A DNA stretch of 64,000 nucleotides from Fimbriosthenelais zetlandica. Its lineage: Eukaryota. A program made the translations under genes and the position numbers. Location: assembly GCA_977030845.1 (NCBI GenBank), contig OZ365116.1, positions 16,864,001 to 16,928,000 of the forward strand, in the 5' to 3' direction. Under the pieces are notes generated by a model. It did not search any database. It saw only the letters and a list, made by a program, of their open reading frames with translations, and was not told the DNA's origin. Below are positions 12,501 through 24,190 of the stretch, piece after piece; positions within the stretch are counted from its first letter, which is position 1; every line of letters starts with the position of its first letter.

Positions 12501-15500
12501 TCCATGAACAGGAATAGTGTGAGCAAATAAATAATTCCTTGACCAATTTCCACGTTTCTTAGAATAATAAAAAAGAAATCTGACTAAATATTGTCATGAT
12601 AAAGTCTATATCAAATAAATAATAAAGATTAAGGAGAATAAACTTACAGAACTGTGGAATGTGATGTTGGGCAGCGCACCTGGGGAGGCGTCATGCTTGG
12701 TTTTCTCACTGAAAACGACAAGCTGATGTCGTAGCGTCTCCATTATCCGAGAATCAAAAAAGTCTTCTGTTTTCACTAAAAGGGAAAAAACACGGAAGTG
12801 AGTTGAAGAAAAACGTTTTAACAAGGAAGATAAGTAAAGACAGATGGTGACCCGGCTTAAAGACATCAGACAACAGATAAAAATATAGTTATTTTGGTAA
12901 AAACCAGAACCCTTTGAAATATTTTAAAACACCTCTATATTCCAGAATAATATGATTACTTTCCACACCATATTGAAAGATTTATTTAAAGAATCGTTTA
13001 GTATGACGTATATATATTATGTACAATAATTCGTTTCCAACAATAAAAGTACCAGTAAATAAAGGTCCCTTGAGTAAATAGCACATCATATATTGTGGCA
13101 AGAAAAGGCGTTAGGAAAATGAAAGAAATCTGAAGATTTAAACAAAATGTCGTTGTGAATATTCTACAATTCCCAGATGGGAATTATTTACTTCAATAAA
13201 GGCGATAAATTTCAAGAAACTAATCTACAAAGATTTTATGGTGGAAAAAACGAATCCAAGAAAAAATCCACAAAGAAACTTGACAGGCTATAAACTGGAT
13301 GACATAATTGCGTATATCTGGTTTAAAATCGATAGTGACAAGTAACATCGATGGTATGATGATAGGCATTGAGGGAGCAGAGACGTGACTGCCTCCTGGT
13401 GCTGCACCTACTGCACCAGGCACCAGAATGACACGGGCTGCACTCAACAGGCCTGAATAGGAAGAGGAGAAGGGTACAAGCGATAGGATGAAAGAGAATG
13501 AGAGTAAAAGAGCGAGGGAGAGAAAAAAAGAAGTAGAAAAAAAAGAGGTGGAAGGGGAGATGGAGACGGAGTTAGGTAGATTTAGTCATGAAGTACAGAT
13601 CTATACAGAGAGGAATATAGATAAAATGAAAGTGATGGGATGAAGGTAATGTGGGATGTGAGTATTGCATGTGTGGACGTTGCATGTGTTACATGTGTGT
13701 AGGAGTGAGTAACAGGGTGAAGGACCAGGTAAAAGCACCAGACAGACACAGATGATTGTTTTAGGTTGTGCCTGAGGACGAAGGTCGGTGGGAGGGAGGG
13801 AGGCGGGGGTATAAAGAGAGAGGTATGGCTGGTTGCCACTATCATACTGTTCTACCGTTCTGGTGATGTATGACCGGACCAGCCTCCAACCAAAGTCACC
13901 AGCACCGCTAGGCTAATTGAATACCTCGTCAATGTAACAAAGCCCTGCGGCACAATACCATTCATTTTATAGCCGTCATCAAGTCTTATCTCAAAAAGAA
14001 CATGGACATCTTTATCCTAATAACAGGAATCCACACGGCCTATGGCCCGCCAACCCGGGGCCAGAATAAGGTTATACTGGGCCACTGAACCCTTTAAGCA
14101 ACTGGGCCAGTTGATCTTCAACGCTATTTTCCCTGTATAGCCTACTAGTTTAGCCCAGTGATTTTAAAATTAGGGCTGGCCAGTGATTATTATCACAACT
14201 GGCCCGACATAGACAGTTAAAAACTTCGTTTGGAGCCATGACTAATATCGTTTTTCAGTATTTTTAGATAAGGAACAATGGGAAGGTATATGATTTTTTT
14301 CTTTTGATTCATTTCGTTATGTTTTACTGGATGTTATTTGATGTAATATTACTATAGAGCTATATCTATAGTCCAGGAGGGAGGTGAAGAATGCTGGAAG
14401 GAGAGACTGGGGAGGACTTAACATACAATCGCTGTGTATGCTTAATGGAATGTATGCTACCAGCTAGCATCAGTTCCAGGTGTCACCTTCAACACTCCAC
14501 CTACAAGCTCTACATGCACTGATTCTTACTGCATATTAAAGAATTTCCAATTATCTCATTGATTTTTTAAACATCATTCCCTTGTATTACTGGTAGTCTA
14601 CTTACTACCAGAACAGTATTTATCATTTAAATCATCTACATTTCTTGTTCTCGATTATTCCACCGAATATTCTTATTATCCTTTAACTAAAACATCAAAT
14701 ATATCTGGAAAAATGTGTCTAACGTCCAACAGAAAATCGCTGATATCTATTCACATTGTTTAAATTATTAGCACCTTTGTCTCCGAAGCACTTCAGTGGA
14801 TATATCTGGTAATACAGAAAGTCTTGATAGATTTCTTTACGGAAAAGTGAATAGTCCATGCATGGATGCACTTGGGTGCTTCTGCACCTGACGACTCGGC
14901 GTGACAAGGACAAATTACCTAAAAACTACCTCTCATACACCCAATAAACTGGTGACTCCCCACCTGGTCATTTGCCAGCTGACAATTATAAATCCCGAGA
15001 TAATGAAGATAATAAAAGATAAGGCATATATTGTGTGATTAGTTCCCTTCTTAAAATAGTTCTATCTAGTGATGATTTAAATAACGTCATTGTGTTTAAT
15101 AACAGTAATTAGTTGTCATATATGATGCAAATGAGAAATGTGCGTGAAGGTATTGGTGAGAGGATTATTGGCAGATGAAGCAGGATTTAACACCGCTTTG
15201 TGGTTTAGTGCAGTCAATGTAACATCTGTTACCCCACTGGCAATGGAACAATAACCATAAATACGTCATAACGCTTTGTGGTGATTTACCGTGCATTATA
15301 TTGTCTCAGACCTGATAGGAATACTAGACAGCAATGTGGGCCAAACTGCCATGAAAATAGCAAAATCATAACAGAAAAAAAAAGATTATATTCTGGGTGC
15401 AAAGTGCTATGATTTCTTCTGGATAAATATTAGGGAACCAACTTAAAGAAACAAAACCAAGAAAAACTTCAGTTTTCCCTAGATTTTCTACCAAGAGAGA

Positions 15501-18500
15501 GTCTCTATTTTCTTATCAAATTGCATTATTTGTATTTGGGTGGGTGGATGTTTGAATGTGTAGGCGTGCAGGGGGAGGTGGAGCGGGAGGGATAGAGTTA
15601 CATATCACAAGAAAATTCAGGCTAAGGACAACGCTGACCGCAGAAATACCAGACTGGTATCGCAGTGCAAGCGTGCAATATTTGAACAAGGCAAGCTGAG
15701 GCACGTAATACACATAGAGAAATGACCTTGATTTGACGCCCTTATCATAGGTGCCTGTCCTGATAGAAGATAACATGAGAGAATTAAGACACGTGACCTC
15801 AACAAGTACATAATGATACAGGCACGTGCTCACCATAAAGTGTCCATTACAAGAATAAAAGGTTAAACTGATGCCATTATTATAGTGTAATGCACCCATT
15901 AACTTCCTTTCTTTACATAAACGTTTCAATCCATCTTCTTGGTTTTGGAAAAATGTGACGCAGTAGGCCTATGAAAGGAAGATTCTTAATTATAACCATA
16001 GATATCATATCTTGCTATATGTCTATGTTATAACTGCTTCAAGTCTTAAAATCTGAAATAGGTTTTCAGCAATTTTAAAGCCTTTAAGACTGAATTTGTT
16101 CCTTTAAAATATTTCACATTTGCTCTTCCATTTTATAGAGAGAATACAAGTATTATACTCTACTTATAAACGTGTCTTTACGAGGAAGAGAAACACTGTG
16201 GATCGGGATCTTTATAAGGATTGTGCTCATGCATAAATATTAAATGGAGCTAAAGGGATTAACATCCTTTTTCTCATCCCATTTATTCATTTTGCACCAG
16301 TGTTGGCATTTATCACTGAGAGTACTTCCACACACCAAACTAAATCATGCAGGAATATGACATTTTCGGGGACTCTGGGACTTTCTCTTCCTGATATCAT
16401 GTTGAACACAAACTTCCCACTCTTCTAAACCACAATATTAGTCATCACATATATGAGAGTTAGAGCACAATGCATTCACACTTTGGTCGACCTCAAGAAT
16501 TCAAAATCAAAGAGTATAAAAAATTCCTGGTTTGCACACCTTCCACAGGGATCTACCATTTACCGTTAGTCAAACATGCTTCTTCTTTACTAGGGATGTA
16601 GGGCATATAATACTTTTTTTGCTTACTCATCAATTATATTTAAAAAAAGACTGAACCTACCTAGCCATGACTTTCTCCTACGTAATAGCTTCTTCTTCTT
16701 CAGCAACTTGGATGGGGTATCCTCCCTTGACTTGGATGAACATGACTTGACTGGGTGGCAGACATTGAAGTGACTATTGACATGACGTGCTAGTCCACCT
16801 TGAGTGGTGAAGCGTTGACCACAGCCGTGGACAATACACTGGAAGGGTTTATCTCCAGCGTGAGCCACAATATGACGCTCTATCCAGGACTGAGATGACG
16901 ATGGTCTGTTGTAAACTTTACAAGTTTTCCACAAGCACACATACTTGACGTCCTTGTCTTTATTATCACTGGTATTAGTGCCCGTCTTGATTTGTGGGTC
17001 AACATGTCGTGTACGGATATGATCCATGAGATCACCAGCAGGTAGACTCAGTCCACACTCACTCCAGTCACACCTGGCCGTGCTCACCTGCTCACCTGAG
17101 CCACTCGCTGCTTGAGACGAGCTGGAGGACGAGGAAGAAGAGGACGAGGACGAGGTACTCGTGGCTCGAGCAAAAATACCACTGGCACTGGTGCTAGCTT
17201 TACACAAGGCTGTCCTTGCCTTGCCAGTGGAGGGACCACTGTGTGGCACTTTACATATATTATTACTGCCATATTTAATGGTAGAAATACTCCATTCACA
17301 CTTGACCCTGTCACTCGTCACTGAGGTAGCTGTACTAATATTGGTTTTACTATTATCAATACTGAAGTTTGTGCCGTTGGTTATTAAGGGACAGCCGTCC
17401 TGGATCCCGGGCTCCGTCTTAATGTCAATGATCCTATCTGTTGGGGTGTTGGTACCTGATGAGTTTGAGGAGATACTGTAGGGCTGGTTACTATGAGATG
17501 AGCTGCTCAGAGGAGGTGTACATGAGCGGGAGGTGTCCGGGGAGATGGGACCTAGTAAGGTGGACTGTACAGTACTACATACATCCGTGTGCTGGTTACA
17601 TAAGGCACTGGCGGTCGGACAGTCCTCCACATGATTATCATGCTCATCTCCTGATTTACTGCAATACAAAAGAAGAGAAAATAAAGTAATTGGCGCTCAA
17701 CGGTTACAAGACATCTGGAAATAAAACACTATGAGAATGCTGAATACCAGTACGTGCTTGGATATAATATATGCATAAAAGATCACGCTACTAATAAGTT
17801 CTTTTAGGCATTTTAAATCTTGTAGAATTGAAAGGAAACAGTGGGACATTAATATAAAATCTTGGCAGTACAATTGCACCAGGGATCTTTGTCAGTTGTC
17901 CAATACACATCTCTCTCAGACTCAATACACAACTCAACACCCCAAACATTTATAGACTGATTTACAAAGCCGGTTGGAATATGATCACATTAAGAAGATT
18001 TTGATCCCTGATCAGAGATAGAATGATTTTTGAGGTTGAATAAAAGGTAACACATCCATCAACTGGAGATGGAGCAGACTGAGCTTTTATCTACTGGGAG
18101 ACCATGATGTTATTGTTCTGCCTCCGCTCGCAGCCCTGTGCCTGTGGAGAATGCAGCGAGTCCAGTTTCACCGTGCAATACTGAATACACAACCAAGCCA
18201 CAGACAAAAAAAGACACACACCTCTCTTCAACACTCTGTTTATCCTTCCTAGTGGATCTTCTCTTCTTAGGAGGCGACTCTAGACGACTCGATGACTTTT
18301 CTGTTCGCGTTCTATTGTTATTGTTCAAAGATCGCGATCGGAGAGTGGGTATGGATAGGGACAGGGTGGCTGGGATTCTGGTCGACACCCCATTTACTCG
18401 ACTGTCTTTAGATGTTTTACACCGTTTTACGTCCATAGGTCGGCATGGTTTTCCATTACAGCGACAACCTTGTATCATGCCATTTTTCTTGCATGTCCCG

Positions 18501-18586
18501 TTCGGCGGAGATTGAGTAACATCTGTGATATCTTGGCTATCCTTCGAGCTATTATCGTCTTCTCTCATGCCTCTGTCCGCCGCCAT
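6596..18586 (-). CDS. AEBP2: Zinc finger protein AEBP2/jing ortholog (PRC2 accessory subunit), 568 aa
   Basis: Exons 18222..18586, 16661..17658, 12648..12775, 6957..7024, 6596..6743 total 1707 nt; all introns are GT-AG with compatible phases. Three C2H2 fingers: CDWSEC..HIRTRH, CLWKTC..HIVAH, CIVHGC..HVNSH. A basic KR patch (KKKKLLRRRKS) joins VKTEDFFDSRIMETLRHQL, then [29 protein letters not shown]. This matches my recollection of the AEBP2 C-terminus (RPHDFFD...[29 protein letters not shown]). ATG taken at 18586 because an in-frame stop lies upstream; the ORF-track start at 18595 is GTG. Confidence 0.95.
8547..11321 (+). CDS. 924-aa single-exon protein nested antisense in AEBP2 intron 3; mostly low-complexity, with a C-terminal Tudor-knot/chromo-barrel-like motif
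   Basis: Uninterrupted 2775-nt ORF with aaccATGT context and a plausible 5'UTR acceptor AG at 8530-8531. AATAAA near 11845 and 12066. Ser/Thr/Gly/Lys-rich with poly-T and poly-G runs and NLS-like patches (KPRKRQRR, KRKMSRSK, RSRSPKRKS). C-terminal LVAEIT...VKVHFMGQDHCYDRWLRPSEL resembles the MRG15/KAT8-type IHYxGWNxxWDEWV motif. Confidence 0.87.
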   Translation: MSRLPDEVQTLIDCLGETRTLSDWLIYGDEGKVTLVLQWEAEAGSGKERKSNTTPQLLQGVGGKHLEGEGGGEEGKTACGGLQNKAAAALVRCKGLQAGQNQEGNIVRQNNMTGTITGTTSTCTTSTTTTTTTPRINNSILAHLQRGCQFLCDVGMADFRTNSDESYSAFVSSRQHNRDSEHLRSPAEQLTDEEGMTSGAESVYTDCSPSPTLSQSSAHRPQLLLLDKDKRTGDHLNPSQTSPSTSKPRKRQRRHNKAQIDKQTSISMPSLLTSGLDSNSSDNNSDQVKKGKTKWTGTVVALLKRKMSRSKASDSSGSTTVQKTPPAAKNDPWVQRWSTASRSRSPKRKSVPNVQISSDSEVQRPLSEKDRELVGGVSPHTMAGVPTVPSSPRVKPFMDTRSELEVKRSRPKEDFHRGSMSVGSPDADGMITVVADVHRQFSLEQNKALRSRTPTRDSSLTSGGGGGGSGSIERVLSIKAEQDKETSNTDGTDLMGGDNDRSKAPGTDSIKSNSEPLNKNQEQVKPEAGPSPSGALSTKGVNKSCPGSNGSQRYLTTETNGVKAESTESLTSNNDRDKSSDSAIAYPSPTDLFAAQEDSLSLSDITVSSEVTTGPPVDLLCRSSTSEDIDHMDSASNHLQAVDGGGGGGGSSSSGNNPSTSELSEIRHLLMGVIKDYQTETWVKQHNTNSSTRQDVVKRQEKNGPEAGTQGADDTSGMECTTPGLKPNSDCQPRNEFVNNVHKNTEGNVGLDIKTKAPKTNKEKGPERLIVPKNTSITANPKLKSSPNKEKAQGSNNNSILSDKTSKPSSAGPTLEVLDKFTCSRGRMNELRPKLKRFWEEKLGERVRMLTVLDAKRANPKAKPRLLVAEITDFNVVTQDDPVNKDNSTAHCVVKVHFMGQDHCYDRWLRPSELAKAAFSQRTF
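13460..13570. repeat. Purine-rich low-complexity tract (polypyrimidine on the AEBP2 sense strand)
   Basis: About 110 nt almost entirely A/G on the + strand, ending next to a minus-strand CAG at 13455-13453. Confidence 0.6.
14024..14240. mobile_element. Decayed non-autonomous hAT-type MITE (about 217 bp) in AEBP2 intron 2
   Basis: Degenerate terminal inverted repeats: CAGGAATCCACACG versus the reverse complement of the right end, CATGGCTCCAAACG (10/14). Flanking 8-mers CCTAATAA / ACTAATAT (6/8) look like an 8-bp target-site duplication. About six internal (CT)GGCCAG/CTGGGCC motifs occur in both orientations. Confidence 0.5.
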
Positions 18587-19045
18587 CTTGGGCACTCTGC
18601 CACAGACGTCATCAACATCTGTGCTTGGGATTCCCCTACGTCATCATTTTCAGCGTGGGGGTTTCCTCAAGACCCAGAATCGGCGAATGTCAACATGGTT
18701 CGTGCTGGAAGTGCGATGATAAAAGGTGGGTAAAACATTATTGCGCGTCCTCCGATTGCGAATTTGTGCATAGAGTATATATCAACTATGTCTTTGCTGT
18801 TAAAATGCCGGGAAAGTAATATATTCTGTGCTTTACTTCGTGGAATATACGAGTGCAAAGAAAGTCTAGACCGGCAATGGCCAATGCGGTATACAGCCTA
18901 CAGGCCTGAGTAGGCGCAGGCTAATGTATTTTGGAATGTGTATTCCACTAATTAATCCACCCATTATTTCAGGTGTGACATCTTATTTGGCAGACTGAGG
19001 TCCCCTGGTATTTTTGGATAGGTCTGTTTGTAAATAATCAGAACA
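18587..19045. promoter_or_regulatory. Probable bidirectional promoter and 5'UTRs between AEBP2 and the NEF1-like gene
   Basis: Divergent start codons at 18586 (-) and 19046 (+), 460 nt apart. The interval is CpG-containing with CCAAT near 18881 and CRE-like TGACGT motifs on the minus strand near 18606-18643. Confidence 0.6.
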
Positions 19046-22000
19046 ATGGCTGAGGAAACACTGGGAGCTGGGGCTGAACGCATTCATGAATGGTTGGCTG
19101 AAAGCAGCCTGGCATTTGCAGGTAAGTCACTGAGACTGCTCTATCTCTATTAAATGGTGGTTTAAACCATCATGTCCATCTCCAAAGGAAAATAGTCTAC
19201 ATACATAAATTTTTAGGAAAATACTTGTGAATCTGGAGAACAGGTTTGTTTGTTCCTCTCTGGAATGAATTACAGAATGAGATCATTGAAACTGTTTAGG
19301 CTAGCTTCTCCAAAAGGCAAAAAAAAATATTCACATCCCCCTCATATCACATTTTGATTCCAGCTGCAAGTGAGTTTCCATTCGGCCCATCTCCCCTGGC
19401 TTTACCTGACTTTACCTTTGATGAGGATCCCCCCACTCCACCAAGCTCTAGTGACAATGAAGATGATGGCCACCCAGCCCTCAGATCACACCCACTGGAA
19501 CCTTTACTCACTGACAGATTCAGAGCCAATACCAGCCCGGAGCATGTACCCAGTCCTAAAACGTCAGACAAGTGGGCGCCTGAACAGCCCTTCCTGTATA
19601 ATGGACGCCTGCTATTAGTGTGCTTCCCAGGCCTAATGCTGGTCCTCTCTCTTGGAGGCGATTTGTAAGCCAGCTCTTTTTATATCATCCAAATGATTTC
19701 TGACCATTTCTGACCAAAATATTTATATCTTTCACCATCTTTGTCATTATATTTCTAATAAATCCTGTTAATAATAATTTCAGATTAATAACTGTGGTTA
19801 CAATAGGATCCATGCTGGTGCATCTACTTCACTCAAGTGGAGAACCACGCAAGTAAGTTTCCACTCACCTGTAGACCAAAGTCTTTCGGATATGATTCTA
19901 TAAATAATATCTAATTGAATTTCATTTCTTTCCAGGGCATTCATAACGTATATCTGTACCTTCATGTGTTCCCAAATTATTGTTGTGTACTCTGCCTTCC
20001 CACTGTTATGGTAAGTCTTCTTTGGCATTTCCTTAGCAAAAAGCTGTACACTTTAAATGTGAAATTTTGTCAACTAATAAATACAAAATTCTCTTAATGC
20101 TACACATGATTTTGTAATTACTATTTCAGGCACACCATCCTAAACTTGTTTCTGATAGGAATGCTTAACAGTTTCACTGTGTTGACCGGGGCTTGGGGTC
20201 TGCTGTTTTTCTCTTATTTTAGAGTAGGAGAAGCGGAGCTAACTAAAGTAAGATATATTTCTTGTCTTATTAATTTCTTTTTCTGATCCAATATTATCTG
20301 TTTTTTTAGAACAAAGAAACGTTTCTTTTCAACGTATATTTTCTGATCTATCTACAGATTATAGAGACGTCACTGTTTAGTTTCTATCCTGGAGTGAACG
20401 TCATTCTGCTCACGTGGATCATAGCCGCGGCTCTCTCACCCATCATTGCCCCCTATGCTCTATTGTCTATAGGGTAAGTCACTACTTCATCTTCATCATA
20501 AAATCTTCCACGAATAATAGTTCGGTAGAATTTATTTCATCCTGTTAATATGTTGAGAAGTTCTATTTATGTGACACTTTTTTCCCTCGTAGGTTTATGA
20601 TTCTTCAGCTGTTTATGACCCCGGCTCAATCTTCATTTTGGAAAGTGAAGGGTAAAGATGGCGAGGTGTGTAATGTGTTAGACAGTAATCAGATCGGTGC
20701 CATGGCGCTGGCTTACACAGTCCTACCACCAGGCGTCTACATGTACCTTACATTCATCCATGGTCATCAGTCCGTCATATCTGTGTCATTCATGGTACGT
20801 TCACTTCATTAATATAGAGCATGTTTGATATTAAAAAACTCGACATCCAGTGGAAATCATGCATCTCCATTCTGCATCATTTATACTGCCAAATATCATT
20901 AAAATCATTCATTGTCTTTGCAGGTGGAGTTCATTTTTCTTGGGTCGCTGAGTTCATTTCTTGCCACCTTAATGAACTTGAGAGAGTTTTTGGAAGTAGC
21001 TGGCATGGACTATATGTATCTTGTTCGTGCACGATGGGCTCTTGGTATAACAGCCTTGGTTCTGCTGAACGGAGTTCTCCACAAATACGGTTTCAGTATC
21101 TCATTGTTACCGTGGCTGGCTCTGGGGCTGGCCCTTCATACTGGATATGGATTCATTACCAGTCACAGAAAATACAGGGTGCGTCGCATTTAGTGTTTCC
21201 CACATGTAATGTCATTATTGAAACGTTTCATTTGCACCAAAGAACAATATAAATGTCATCTATTATATTTCAGGCATGGAGTTTAGTTGCTGCTCTGCTC
21301 CTTATAGGCTTGTATGGTCTTATGTTCACACGTCTACCATGGAGACTAGAGTATCCTTTTCAAACAGGGTTCATCCGCTTTGGAAAATCATGGAATTTAT
21401 TTGTTTTCAAGGTCTTTGTAAATGTCAAATCTTGTCTGAATATTTGAATGTTCCTTCCTTTCCTTAATAACAATCAGAATGTATTTGGAGGCCAGTCATT
21501 TGCACATCAACTATCTACTGCTCCTCATGTTTCTCAACACGCTTCTATGTGTTGTGTGTATCTATATCGCTGCCCACGGTCCTCGAGAATCTCTAGGCTT
21601 TACTGTCGTTCTCCAGTCACTTGGTAAGATAGTTCTCAATTTTTTATTTCGTCTCATTCGTGCTGTCTATTCCTTTAGAAAACACTTTCAATATAATGAG
21701 CTTCGATGTACATTGAACATCATTAATCCGTTGTGTCCTCTTTGAATATCTGCACATTTCTCTCATTCATTCAATTTAAATTTCAGTTTTTGTTGCTTGT
21801 GAAAAATTCCTATGGTACGATGGACTCTACTCAAACTCTTTGCTCCTCATATCAACCGTCTTTGCAGTCTATGCACTTCTTCGGTGGGTGTCATTTCCAG
21901 TTTGTATGTTCTCTGCAGCTAAAATTTAATATCATTATGAAGTTTACGTCCTGGAATCACTTCACCACTTCAGATTTTCTCTTTCAGTTTGCAGCATGCT

Positions 22001-24190
22001 CACAAATATTCGTGGACCTCTTCCTGGCTGTCTGTGGCCCTGCACCTCACTAAAGTGAGCACGTGTCTGCGTGCCATCCTACCAGGTCCGCCCGCTGATA
22101 ATCCTCTCTCACATATAGTGTATGAAGAGTCGACCACATTTATACTCGCCTTGGTATTCCTCAAGGGCTTCCTCTTTGAAAACCAAAGTGTCTCCTTCAA
22201 TAGGGTAGGTTTTCTTGATTTTTCCATGTCAAACGTTTTCTACAAAATTATTATATTAAGATCTTGAAATGACTGATGTGATTAGTTTTAAACTATTATT
22301 CTGTATTTTCCAGTGGCTGATCTATATGGCAGCAGCCGTCACTTCCCTCGTTCCTTCCATGTCAGCTTTACTCTCCAATATACTCTTTATAACTATCGGC
22401 CGTACTCCAATATTCTCAGACCTCACAGGTGAGTAACATACTCTCATCTATTACTCAATTTGTCTGTGTTGACTCCTTCCCCTGAGTCCTTATTAATTTA
22501 TTTTCTCTGTTTGACAGCCTTGGGTCTGCTCATGACTGCCTGTCTGTCCATCAAGCTGAGCCTTCAGGGTAGTAAGCAGAGTGCGTGGCTTGGGGTGGGT
22601 CATGTTGGTCCTACAGCTATAGTCACTGCTGTGGTTCTCTTCTTCCTTAAACCTGAGGCTGCTCCGACATGGTTAGTCAATCACTTCACAAGTATATACT
22701 GTTAGATCTGTCTTGTGTCTACCAGACATTCATTTGTGATATATTTTTCAGGGAGGACATCAATAAGTGGGTGCTCATTGCTACTCTGGTTAGTGCTTTT
22801 CTCATGGCTCCTATCATCTCTAAAACCAAGTCCTCCCTTCTCCTCTGTCTCACGGGCTGTGCAGTAGGCCTACCTGTCGGTGCCTCTTGTACTTTTTGGG
22901 TACGTTTCTTCATTTTTTCCCTGATGAATTTCTATTTCCTTGTCAACTTTCATTTACAAAGCGTCCGATATTATCATGTTAGTAATTCCTCTTTACTTTA
23001 CAGTTGTTCCCAGGAGACACTGAAGCAATCGTGTATATCTTGTATGGAGTTATTGTGGCGAGTTTGTCCTGCAAAGCTGTGCTTCTCTGGCGGAACTTAA
23101 AAGGCATGGAAAAGAAGCTCTACGTCCTGTAAGTAAACCAGATTAAATTGACTGATTTTCATGAATATTGGGAGGAAAATTGGTAAAGTCCTAGGCGATG
23201 TGATTTTACATAAATGATTTTGTTTTTTAGGACGGGTTGCAGTATGATGTGCAGTGTGGTGCTCCTATATCAGGATTCTCTATCAGGGATGGATGACTCA
23301 GACCTCCCTCCTGGTCTACTGGCCACCACTGCCTCATCTATCATCACAGCTTTTCTCTTCAAGGTTCATTCACTTCAAGAAAAGGTACAAATATTCCCAT
23401 CCACATGATGATTCTATATCTATACAAGTGAGAATACACTTCCCTCAGGGGAATAAGGGGATCCTTGTGTCACATTTTATTAATTTGTTTCAGCCATTGG
23501 ATCTGACGTCGCCTAACAAGGAGCGGTCATGGCTAGCTCTGGTAGGAAACGTCTCATGTATTACTGGTTTCCTTCTCACCTGTCTCCAGAGCAAGGCTGA
23601 ACCCTGGGAAATCTGGGTAAGATTTACATTCAATAATCCAATTTCCAGTTGCAGCTTTTTCTGCTGGAGTTGTATCCTCTTTCCTGTGATATCTTGATAG
23701 ATAATTGTAGTTGAATGGTTGTTTAGATGTTGAGTTATTTTTATTTGACATTGTTTTAATGTCATTTCAGTACGTCATCGCCTGCTCGTTGCTCCTGCTG
23801 CTGCAGCGTGACAGTGTGTTATTCCGCAGTCTGGGTGGTCATAATAACAGTGCTCCTATGTTAATCATCATAACTCTCATCCTCCTCTTCTCCTCCACTG
23901 CTAACAATGCTCTATTCGCGGATAATGTGTCCATCGTACGTAAGTTGGCAGCCACAGTAGAACTAGTACTGCTATGTGCCACCTTGCCCCTCTACTTTGT
24001 ATTTATCACCACTCTCTGGTCAAACAAATTCTATATATCAGACAGACTGGTTGTGTTCATCACACCACTCAATGTGTTTTTCTTGATATTTGGTTCGAGT
24101 TATCAAGTTTGGGCACTGGCTACTTATGCGTTGGGGGTGGGGTACTGGCTAATGACATACAGGTTACCCCTACAGAGAGATTACATCTAG
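19046..24190 (+). CDS. Multi-pass membrane protein, NO EXINE FORMATION 1 (NEF1)-like, 1001 aa
   Basis: 19 exons: 19046..19121, 19364..19664, 19784..19852, 19936..20010, 20130..20247, 20358..20473, 20593..20794, 20924..21178, 21274..21368, 21478..21623, 21787..21883, 21988..22204, 22314..22428, 22518..22671, 22752..22899, 23004..23128, 23231..23384, 23494..23616, 23771..24190. Total 3006 nt, all GT-AG, phases compatible. Roughly 25-30 hydrophobic stretches by eye. Colinear motifs resemble recalled Arabidopsis NEF1: PFLYNGRLLLVCFPGLMLVLSLGG ~ SFAYNGRIAIALVPCAAFLLDLGG; WLALVGNVS ~ WMPSVGNVA; LLLLLQRDSVLF ~ LLLLNQDSDLL; terminal RDYI* ~ LRYI*. Confidence is for the gene model; the NEF1 assignment is about 0.75. 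Confidence 0.88.

Noticed and set aside
17084-18819. Several short ORFs overlapping AEBP2 exons 1-2 on either strand
   Set aside because: Shadow or alternative frames of GC-richer, repeat-containing coding sequence.
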